64,000 nt of DNA, from the NCBI GenBank assembly GCA_030604405.1, contig JAUVVY010000013.1:3267-67266 (forward strand). The letters are read 5' to 3'. Below are positions 19,749 through 27,936 of the stretch, in pieces; position 1 is the first letter of the stretch, and the number at the start of each line of letters is the position of its first letter. This DNA is from a bacterium (GTDB lineage Bacteria; Armatimonadota; Zipacnadia; Zipacnadales; UBA11051). Below the pieces are notes generated by a model. The model was not told where the DNA came from. It searched no databases and saw only the letters and a program-made list of their open reading frames with translations. The translations under genes were made by a program, and so were the position numbers.

Positions 19749-20194
19749 ATGAGCAATGTGCCGATGACAAGGCCGGAAGAGGCGCTGGCGATTCATGAAC
19801 AACACTATGGACACTCGGTCACCTTCGTCGGATTGGAGAACGGTCGGATACTCGAATCCACCGGCGCGGCCTCGGCATGCTGCTCGAAGAACACATCCAC
19901 TAGTATTTCGGCCATTGCCCCAAGATCGGTGCGCGTAATGCTGTTCTGAAAACGCGACAAGGTCGGCTGTAACGCCAGGTCATCGCCGACCTCGATGGCG
20001 ACGGCACGCCGGCGATAATGGTAGGCACCGAGGGCGGCATGGTGCGCGTTGTTGACGCCAAGGGCAACATCCTGAGCACGCTGGCGACCGGCGGCAATGT
20101 AACAAAGCTTGTCGCGGCTGATTTCAACGGCGACGGCAAGATCCAGATCGCCGCTGGTTGCGATAACGGCTTCATCTATGGTGATGTCAAATAG
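19749..20194 (+). pseudogene. remnant of an FG-GAP/VCBS repeat protein gene (frameshifted, stop-interrupted)
   Basis: Frame 2, 19973-20194, translates to …VIADLDGDGTPAIMVGTEGGMVRVVDAKGNILSTLATGGNVTKLVAADFNGDGKIQIAAGCDNGFIYGDVK. The DxDGDG and DFNGDG motifs are FG-GAP. Upstream ORF 19749-19949 is in a different frame. TGA and TAA stops separate the pieces. No intact long ORF. Confidence 0.4.
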
Positions 20195-20504
20195 CAAGGG
20201 CCGGCACCGCTGTGAAGGCCGGAATAGTTGGGGAGCGCCTCTGCGGAGTTGGCATGGCGGCATGTGTGATTCGTTCCATAACAGCACCAGCTACCAGTTC
20301 ATGACCGGGGCCAGTGGGTGGCTCAGCGCGGTGGGTCGGGATTGCCACTGCGGGGCTGCGTGAACGGGCCTTGATGCGTTGGTACTCGATGCGCCGGATG
20401 TCTATCTCGAAGTACATTCCGTGCCCCCTCTCAGCCGTGGAAGCTGTAGGGAGAACGGGGACGATCAGCGCTGGGCAGCCACGGCGCTGCAGGGAAGTGT
20501 GAAG

Positions 20505-22016
20505 ATGCCGCTGTTTGATGGCGTGAGGGTCCTCACCAAAGAGCAAATGCATGACATTCATCTCACGGTGCTGAGAGTTCTGAGGGAGGTGGGTCTCGAG
20601 ATTCATCTCTCGAGCGAGTCCTTTGCGCGATTACGAGAGCGGGGGTTGCGGGTCGATGAATCCGCCCGACGGGTCTGGCTGGAGGACGAAGCGGTGCTGG
20701 AGACTATTCGGCAGTTGTCTGAAGCGCGCTCGCCGGAGGTCACCGTTGAAGGGGTGGACAAAGACGCTCTGCTGCATATCCTGCCCGCCAGGCTTGACTT
20801 CATCGTAGGCGCCCACCACGGCTTTGTACTCGATGAACGCGACCAGATGCGACCGGTGGGCCGGGAAGACATGCTTGACTCCTTGCGAGTTCAGAGGTGC
20901 TTGCCCGGCGTCTCGGTCAATAGGAGTGGGCTTTTGACTCAGGAGGTACCCGAGGCGGTGGCATGGGTGCACACTACTGCCTTCAATGTGAAGTACTGTG
21001 AGGATCCGTGGGCCACGGATTGTAATGGGCCGCAGGACGCAAGATGGATAACACGCATTATGCGGGCGGCAGGTGTCTGGGATGAGGACACCGAGCACGG
21101 CGGGAGCATTTATGCGCGTAGTCCGCTGTGTCTTACAGGTCGCGGCGCCGAGTTCCTCGAACTTGCAGCGCGGGCGGGCCGACCCCGCAGGGTCACCGGC
21201 ATGCCTGCCTCAGCAGCGACGGCTCCGGGAACGATGGTCGGCTATCTGGTGCAGTATTTGACGGAAAGCTTCGGCTTTACCACAATCGGCCGGCTGATAG
21301 CTGAGCCACCCAACGATGTCATCAGCCCGTGTGTCCAGGGTGACGACATTACGGCTATGGACGTGCGCCGGGGCATCTATTTCATAGCCGGCCCGGACAT
21401 CTCGCTTATGCGCATGAGTGCCAAGCAGATATTCGGGGAGTTCTACAAGATCCCGGGAAGTAGCTGCTGTTCAATCCGCACTTTCACCGATGCCAAGAAG
21501 CCGGGAATTCAGGCAGCAACAGAGAAAACCTTCCAGGCGCTCTGTGACCTGATGGTCGGCGTCTATTCAGACACGCCCGAGCCAGTCGTCGAAATGAGTT
21601 GCACCGGCTCACTCAACTGCAATCTGGCTTTGTCGCTGGAACAGGCGGTCATAGACCACGAGCTATTCCAAAGCTTGGAGCGCCTGCTGGCGGGCGTGCG
21701 GGTCGATGAGGACACTCTGGGATTTGAGGCTATCAAGCGTGTTGGACCGAGCGGCCTATTCCTCAGCGACGAGCACACGGTTAAGCACGCGCGAAGCGAA
21801 TGGTGGTTTCCCGGTTTGTATCACCGGGGGTCGTGGGACGCTTGGGTGGATGAGGGAAGGCCCGATGTGCGCCGGCGCGCCCGCGAGGTGGTTCATGAAG
21901 CCCAAAAGGCTGAGATTGCGTGTGTGCTGCCGGACGATGTAGCGGGGGAAGTGAACCGCCTGGTACGGGAAGCGGAGTTAGACCTGCTCGGTACGACCAC
22001 TGGCACGGTGCCCTAA
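20505..22016 (+). CDS. MttB-family (trimethylamine methyltransferase superfamily) methyltransferase, non-pyrrolysine type
   Basis: About 500 aa with an MttB-like N-terminus (MPLFDGVRVLTKEQMHDIHLTVLRVLREVGLEI) and superfamily-typical body. No in-frame TAG. The upstream extension to 20379 (TTG) is less likely to be the start. Confidence 0.6.
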   Translation: MPLFDGVRVLTKEQMHDIHLTVLRVLREVGLEIHLSSESFARLRERGLRVDESARRVWLEDEAVLETIRQLSEARSPEVTVEGVDKDALLHILPARLDFIVGAHHGFVLDERDQMRPVGREDMLDSLRVQRCLPGVSVNRSGLLTQEVPEAVAWVHTTAFNVKYCEDPWATDCNGPQDARWITRIMRAAGVWDEDTEHGGSIYARSPLCLTGRGAEFLELAARAGRPRRVTGMPASAATAPGTMVGYLVQYLTESFGFTTIGRLIAEPPNDVISPCVQGDDITAMDVRRGIYFIAGPDISLMRMSAKQIFGEFYKIPGSSCCSIRTFTDAKKPGIQAATEKTFQALCDLMVGVYSDTPEPVVEMSCTGSLNCNLALSLEQAVIDHELFQSLERLLAGVRVDEDTLGFEAIKRVGPSGLFLSDEHTVKHARSEWWFPGLYHRGSWDAWVDEGRPDVRRRAREVVHEAQKAEIACVLPDDVAGEVNRLVREAELDLLGTTTGTVP

Positions 22017-22388
22017 CACTGGCCTGCAGCGCAAGTCAGCGAGAGTGGGCAGAGCGTCCTATTTTGTCCACGAAGGCCTCACGACGTCGAGGTGTCGGCT
22101 GTTTCGGCCAGGGATTTCCGGCAGCGACTCTTAGCCGCTCTGGACGGGCGGCGCCCTGACGTCATGCTCTGGCTTGCTGACCTCACGTAATGGTATGACC
22201 TGCCCCCCTGCGCGTCTCCGTTATGCGGGAGGGCAGGAGCCTCCCACACGTACGCCCGTGTGGCCGCCAGCACGCGCGCGCTGCCAGGCATGGCGCAGGT
22301 GGTCTGGGCAGGAATGTGGAAATCAAACATTGGACAACACATGCGCAGGTCCGAAGCCTCGCAGTAACCGGCACACAGGGAGGTCGGT

Positions 22389-23411
22389 ATGGCACGCGTG
22401 CTTGTTGTGACAATCATCGTGACGGCACTGGCGGCGTCGGTGATGCACGCGACACCAGTCGCGTACGTGGCAGGCGTTCGCGGTCAATCGCTATCAGAGC
22501 GCACGAGGGTGGAAGTGGTCGAGGATACAGGCGGTGACGCGATCGTGGTAAGCGAGGGGCTGCAGGCGGCGGTGAGTCCGGCCTGGGCACCGGACGGTTC
22601 GCGGCTGGCCTTCCAGGCCATCGAGGGCATCTATGCCGACGTATTCGTCTGCGACCGCGACGGAGCCAACCGCGTAAACATCACGGCCGGCAGCAAGACA
22701 TTCGACACGATGCCGCAGTTCGTCGGCGATGCCGACACGGTCGTGTATCTGTCAGGGCCGGACAAGACAGTGGTCATGGCGGCCGACCTGAAGACCGGCA
22801 CGAGCAGGCAGCTAACCGAAGACGCGCTGTTCTACAAGCAGCCGGTGGCTCTGCCCGACGGCTCCGGCGTGGTCGTTACCGGCCTTGAGAAGGTACGGGG
22901 GGTCGGCGATATCTACCTGGTGAAGTTGGATGGCACGGTGAGCAACGTGACGCAGGCTCCCGCGCTTTATTCGCGCCCGGCGATATCCCCCGACGGCAGT
23001 ACGGTCGCGTTCTGCTACGACAGGCGCGACATCGGCGGGGCCACGCGCGGAGTGGCCTCGCTCCCAATGGCAGGCGGAGGGCCGACACTGCTTGCCAAGG
23101 ACGGCTATCCGCTGGCCGTGTTGGTTTACTCGCCGGACGGGTCGCAGATAGCGTACACGTCTTCGCCCTTCTACAACACAACATGGATCACTCTGATCAC
23201 CGCAACCGGCTCGGAGGCGCAGCGGCTGAAGGTCGGTACATACCATATCATCGCCTGGCCGAGCTTCTCGCCGGATGGTAGCAAACTTGCCTATCATGGT
23301 ATCTATGCGGCGGTGTTCACGGTTCATGTCGTTAACCTGGCCAGCGGCGAGGATGTGAACCTGTGTGTTGCCGGAAAGACCGGCGTACGAGCGGTGTATG
23401 CTCCCCGATAG
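22389..23411 (+). CDS. secreted TolB-like beta-propeller (PD40/WD40-like repeat) protein
   Basis: Signal/TM N-terminus MARVLVVTIIVTALAASVMHA. Repeated …SPDGSxxAF… PD40 blades. GGGAGG RBS. Confidence 0.7.
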   Translation: MARVLVVTIIVTALAASVMHATPVAYVAGVRGQSLSERTRVEVVEDTGGDAIVVSEGLQAAVSPAWAPDGSRLAFQAIEGIYADVFVCDRDGANRVNITAGSKTFDTMPQFVGDADTVVYLSGPDKTVVMAADLKTGTSRQLTEDALFYKQPVALPDGSGVVVTGLEKVRGVGDIYLVKLDGTVSNVTQAPALYSRPAISPDGSTVAFCYDRRDIGGATRGVASLPMAGGGPTLLAKDGYPLAVLVYSPDGSQIAYTSSPFYNTTWITLITATGSEAQRLKVGTYHIIAWPSFSPDGSKLAYHGIYAAVFTVHVVNLASGEDVNLCVAGKTGVRAVYAPR

Positions 23412-23430
23412 ACCGCAGAGGTGGCTTGCT

Positions 23431-26424
23431 ATGCGCACGAGTGCTCTGTGTCTGACAGCGACGGGGCTGCTGCTGTGGATGGTGGCGGCTGCGCAGGCTG
23501 ACATCTGGACGGCCGAGCTGGATGATCGGGAGATCCACCCTTGCCTTGCCTTCACCAAGGCCGACCTGCCGGCGATCAGGGAGAGGGTCCAGCGGCCGCC
23601 GTACAGCGTGTTCTACTCGGCCGTGAAGAGCCAGCCCGGGCCGGTTGCCAAGGCATTTCTATGGGCCGTCGAGGCCGACGAAGAGGCCGCGGAAGCGGCA
23701 CGGCGGATGCTGCTACGGGCCGACCCCGACGGCTATCACTGTGCGTGTGGCACAGGTGGGCCCATGCAGGTGTACGCCGAGGCGTATGACATGCTGTTCG
23801 ACTACCCGGGCCTGACAGAGACGGACCACGGCATCATCCGCAAGAAGCTGGCGACGGCGTGTGAGCGGATGTACCTGTCGGGCCTTCGTAGCGGGCCCGG
23901 TCAAAACGCCGGGAATCAGCGTGTGCGGGGGCTGTCGGGCTTGGGTGCAGCGGCGCTGGTGATCCGGGGCTACAAGGACGCCGCACACACGCCGCAGGAG
24001 TGGCTGCAGAGGGTCCTCGACGGCATCCACCAGGAGGACAACCTGCGCTTCTTCCGGCCCGACGGCATGTTCATAGAGGGCCCGGACTATGCCTCGTTCA
24101 CGATGTCGCTGATGATGACCTTCGCCCGCTACTATGAGAAGAACTGCGGTAAGTGGCTGTTTGATGAACCCGCATTGCGCAATGCACTGCAGTACCTGGT
24201 GTACATCACCCAACCCGACGGCCGCTGCGCAGGACTGGGTACCACCAACTACCGCAGTGTCATTCGTGCCGTGCGACCGGCCATCGGCGCGGGACTGATC
24301 GAGGACCAGGAGTTCTACCGGTGGGCGACAGATGAGTGGAGCAGCATCGGATCAGGGACATGGCGCGACATGATGCTGTTCGATGATACCGTCAAGCCGT
24401 CAAAGCGCGCCTTCGCTCCTACGCGCTTCTTCCCCGTGTCGCAAGAGGCGCACCTGCGCAGCGCATGGTCGCGCACGGCGGTGTGTATGTGGCTGAAGGG
24501 CAAGGACCCGTGGCTGGCAAAGACCTACCGGGTGTACAGCCACGGCGATGTTGCCAGCTTCTCGCTCCATGCCTACGGCGAGCTTCTGGCCGTTGATGCC
24601 GGCTACGACCACTGGGTCAGCTACGAGCTGTATGCACCGGAACTGCACAACTGCCTGCTGGTGGACGGCAAGGGCCCGGTGAATGATACGCCCGGGCTGC
24701 TCAAGAACCCGTTAGCGACGCCGTTTGTCGAGGCCGCGGACATCACCGCCACCTACGAGGGAGTTGAGCACACCCGCACCGTCGTGTTTCCCGACAAGCG
24801 CTACTTCGTGTTCACCGATGACATCGTCAGCGCAGAACAGAAGACGTACCAGTGGCAGCTTCACAGTCCGGTGACGCGGGGCAAGGCCGAGATCAGTATT
24901 GACGGCAACAGGACTTCGTGGACCGGATACGACCCGACCACCGATATAGCCGGGAACGTGAAGCTTGACACGATCTTCGCCGGGCCGGTGAGTGTAAGGC
25001 CGATGGAGAAGTCGCGCTGGCAGCCGTTCAACTCGGACCCGAAGACCGGCTCGTACGACAACTGGGCCGTCGTCGCCGAGCGGATGGCGGACAGTTGCCG
25101 CTACCTGGTAGTGCTGTATCCGCATCCGACCGCGGTCACGCCGCCGGACATCCAGACACCACAGATTGACGGGGGGCTGTGTGCGACTATCACGGCGCGT
25201 GCTCACCGCGACATCGCTCTAGCGTGTGAGGGTGAGGGCCCGGCTTCATTCGAGAAGCTGTCCACGACGTGCCGGACGGCGATGGTGCGAGAAGCGGCCG
25301 GCCGCATCCTGTGGGCATACGCCAACGGCGCGGGACGGGTCGAGCATGACGGCAAGCTCGTAGTGGAGCTTGGGGAGGGCAGCCCGTGTGCGGTGGCTAT
25401 CAAGTTCGACAGCGAGGGCCCCTCGCGCCTGTACTTCACAGGCGAGGAGCCGGCGCCGCGCATCAGCGTCCCGGTGCGCTCCGACCAGACGAAGATCCTT
25501 CGCCTCGACGCGACTGGACGGTGGCAGGACGTGGCGGCGACCGTTGAGGGTGGCCGACTCAGCTTCCAGGCGACGGACGCCGCACAACGCGGGGCGCTGG
25601 TGCTCTTCGGCTCGCCGACGAAGCTCGTGCTGGACGACGACGCCGCGCCGCAAATAGCGGCCGTTGAGATTGACGGCGAGGCACAGAGCCCGGCCGAACA
25701 GATAGACCTGGGCCACGTCAGGGAGGCCCCGGGAACGCTGGCGGTCGAGTTCGTGGAAGACGAGAGCGCACTGGACCTGACGTCACTGGCCGTGACCGGC
25801 AACGGACTCCCCCTGAAGGCGGAGGTGCAGACGAAGCTCAGTGACGACGGTCAGCGGCTGCGTGTTGCCGTTGACCTGGCGGAGCTTGTCGGCAGGATGG
25901 ACTATGGTGTCACCGTGGCAGTCAGCGACCTGGCCGCCGAAGGCCACATCGCCGCCTTTACGCTGAAGTTCTCCACGGCGTCGCTGCTGGCTAATGCGGG
26001 GTTCGAGCTGGGGTCACCGAGCCCTCGGAACTGGAGCACCAGGACATGGTCATCTGACGAGAACACCAAGTACGAGATGCGCACGGTAGAGGACAATCCG
26101 CGGTCCGGCAAGCGCTGCTTGCTGATGCGAGGCATAGCCGGCCGCCTGAACCTATGCACCCAGCAGGACGTCAAGCTGCAGGTCGGCAAGAGCTACGTTT
26201 TTTCAGGCTATCGGCGCGGCGATGCGCCGTCGAGTTGTTCTGTGGTGTCCGACGGGGGCAGGATCGAGTACCTCAACTCGCCGGCGTGGCCGCCCTCCGA
26301 TGAGTGGGCGCCGTTTTCGTGGGAGTTCAAGGTCTCCCTGCCCGCGGCGAGCTTCACGGTCGTGGTGCGCCATGGGTCTGTTGGCAGCGTGTACTTCGAT
26401 GACCTCAGCCTGGAACAGATGTGA
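23431..26424 (+). CDS. heparinase II/III-like polysaccharide lyase with C-terminal CBM4_9-like carbohydrate-binding module
   Basis: Signal peptide MRTSALCLTATGLLLWMVAAAQA. Heparinase II/III-like block HGDVASFSLHAYGELLAVDAGYDHW…HNCLLVDGKG. C-terminal NAGFELG…W…YVFSGYRR…VYFDDLSLEQ fits a CBM4_9-type module. Confidence 0.6.
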   Translation: MRTSALCLTATGLLLWMVAAAQADIWTAELDDREIHPCLAFTKADLPAIRERVQRPPYSVFYSAVKSQPGPVAKAFLWAVEADEEAAEAARRMLLRADPDGYHCACGTGGPMQVYAEAYDMLFDYPGLTETDHGIIRKKLATACERMYLSGLRSGPGQNAGNQRVRGLSGLGAAALVIRGYKDAAHTPQEWLQRVLDGIHQEDNLRFFRPDGMFIEGPDYASFTMSLMMTFARYYEKNCGKWLFDEPALRNALQYLVYITQPDGRCAGLGTTNYRSVIRAVRPAIGAGLIEDQEFYRWATDEWSSIGSGTWRDMMLFDDTVKPSKRAFAPTRFFPVSQEAHLRSAWSRTAVCMWLKGKDPWLAKTYRVYSHGDVASFSLHAYGELLAVDAGYDHWVSYELYAPELHNCLLVDGKGPVNDTPGLLKNPLATPFVEAADITATYEGVEHTRTVVFPDKRYFVFTDDIVSAEQKTYQWQLHSPVTRGKAEISIDGNRTSWTGYDPTTDIAGNVKLDTIFAGPVSVRPMEKSRWQPFNSDPKTGSYDNWAVVAERMADSCRYLVVLYPHPTAVTPPDIQTPQIDGGLCATITARAHRDIALACEGEGPASFEKLSTTCRTAMVREAAGRILWAYANGAGRVEHDGKLVVELGEGSPCAVAIKFDSEGPSRLYFTGEEPAPRISVPVRSDQTKILRLDATGRWQDVAATVEGGRLSFQATDAAQRGALVLFGSPTKLVLDDDAAPQIAAVEIDGEAQSPAEQIDLGHVREAPGTLAVEFVEDESALDLTSLAVTGNGLPLKAEVQTKLSDDGQRLRVAVDLAELVGRMDYGVTVAVSDLAAEGHIAAFTLKFSTASLLANAGFELGSPSPRNWSTRTWSSDENTKYEMRTVEDNPRSGKRCLLMRGIAGRLNLCTQQDVKLQVGKSYVFSGYRRGDAPSSCSVVSDGGRIEYLNSPAWPPSDEWAPFSWEFKVSLPAASFTVVVRHGSVGSVYFDDLSLEQM

Positions 26425-26469
26425 GCGTGCCGGCGCTGCGAGTGCGCCTCGCTGCGCGGGCTTGCGGCC

Positions 26470-27744
26470 CTACTGCGAGGCAACTGCCCAGACGTGCACG
26501 AGGGACTTGTCTCCGTCCGCCCGCGGCTGAAAGACGTATAGATAGCCCCGCTCGCGGTCGAAGCATGCCGCAGCTACGTGACTCTTCTGCTGAGCGCCGA
26601 CAACGCCGTAGAGGTACTGGTCAATGTCCAGTGTAGCGTAGGGCTGGGGCTGATGCGGTGGCATGGCGCCACGCGCCACGGCAGCAAGGTCGTTTGCGTC
26701 ATAAAAGATCATCTGAGCGACGAACCCCGTGCTCCACCACCCGCGCTGCCCCTGTGGATCGGACGGAAAGGGTGGCTCATCGGGCCACACGGTTCCGTCT
26801 GGAAGGCCGTACCAGCAGTCGCCCCAGCCCTTTGTCCCGATAAACACGACTGCCGCCTGCTCGCCCGCTGTGAGCCACGCCCCACCCGTCCACTCGTCGG
26901 CGTGGTGGTAGTTGTCCAAGGTGTGGTAAGGTGGCTCGTCGGTGGCAGTACTGGAATACAGCAGCAGCGGCGTGGCGGAAAGGACAGTATCGGGAGCGGG
27001 GGGATTGCCCTGGTTCCATGGCCCGCACGCAAACAGAGCCGGCCCCTGGCCACTCCATCCGCCGTCGCGAAATCTGCCGGTGGCCAGCCGCATTCCGGGG
27101 GTGTTGGCATTGGCCCAGGCCTGCGGAATCTCGAACATGTAATCGTTCACGCTGTAGGGCGAGTAGTCCCCGATCCACCACGCCCCCCGCGAGTTGGACA
27201 GATCCAGGTCGCACCACATGTGGGAGGCCACGCATTCTTCCTCATCCTGGAGGTGTCCCCCCCAGCAGAGGTAGAGCTTGCCCGATGTCTGAGATCCCTG
27301 GGGCGGCAGGTACTCCATACCCACCCTTGGCATTTCTTGCAGCACGTTCAGCGAGCCGACACCCGCTCTCACGTCGCGGAAATCTTGCGCGGTCGTCGCC
27401 GTGTTGAGCTCATCGGGGCTATGGTTGACCGAGATGACCGGTGCGGGTATGCTGATCTCGGAGACGTACTTCTGCCAGTCGTGGCCAACGCCGAAGATCG
27501 TTCCCGGATAGCCGTCAGGCGGCCCGGAAGGATCGCCGTTGGGATAGTAGGCCATAGCATCGCCACTGTACTCCCAATTCGATCCCCCAGATCCGTCGGG
27601 CAGACGGAACGCACCACGATAGACGAGTTCGTCCGGTTGGAGGCGTTGGGTTGGGCCTGTGTCGTCGCCCAGAACACCGCTGCCGCAGCCCGCAGCCAGG
27701 CACAAGCAGCACAGCGCGAGAATGAGAAACGTTGACCGTATCAT
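26470..27744 (-). CDS. hypothetical lipoprotein
   Basis: Lipobox LCLAAGC in MIRSTFLILALCCLCLAAGCGSG. 424 aa, Trp/Gly/Pro-rich, no recognizable catalytic motif. Confidence 0.6.
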   Translation of the reverse strand: MIRSTFLILALCCLCLAAGCGSGVLGDDTGPTQRLQPDELVYRGAFRLPDGSGGSNWEYSGDAMAYYPNGDPSGPPDGYPGTIFGVGHDWQKYVSEISIPAPVISVNHSPDELNTATTAQDFRDVRAGVGSLNVLQEMPRVGMEYLPPQGSQTSGKLYLCWGGHLQDEEECVASHMWCDLDLSNSRGAWWIGDYSPYSVNDYMFEIPQAWANANTPGMRLATGRFRDGGWSGQGPALFACGPWNQGNPPAPDTVLSATPLLLYSSTATDEPPYHTLDNYHHADEWTGGAWLTAGEQAAVVFIGTKGWGDCWYGLPDGTVWPDEPPFPSDPQGQRGWWSTGFVAQMIFYDANDLAAVARGAMPPHQPQPYATLDIDQYLYGVVGAQQKSHVAAACFDRERGYLYVFQPRADGDKSLVHVWAVASQ

Positions 27745-27835
27745 GGCTGGTCCTCCTGGATGCAGTATAATCCATCACCTGCTCGCATTCAAGATGGACC
27801 AAGATTCGGGGTTGAGAACACCGGTTTACGCCGCG

Positions 27836-27853
27836 CGCAGGTGCGCGCACCTG
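27836..27853. promoter_or_regulatory. perfect 18-bp palindrome GCAGGTGCGCGCACCTGC (candidate operator) in a divergent promoter region
   Basis: Exact reverse-complement symmetry over 18 bp. Immediately followed by a TTGACG -35-like hexamer. Lies between the lipoprotein gene (-) and the BNR_4 gene (+). Confidence 0.4.
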
Positions 27854-27936
27854 CCTTGACGAAGAACCATCACACGGTACGGAGGTCCCGACGCACAGCA
27901 TGGTGTACCTTCCCGGCCCTACAAAGGAGACCCACA

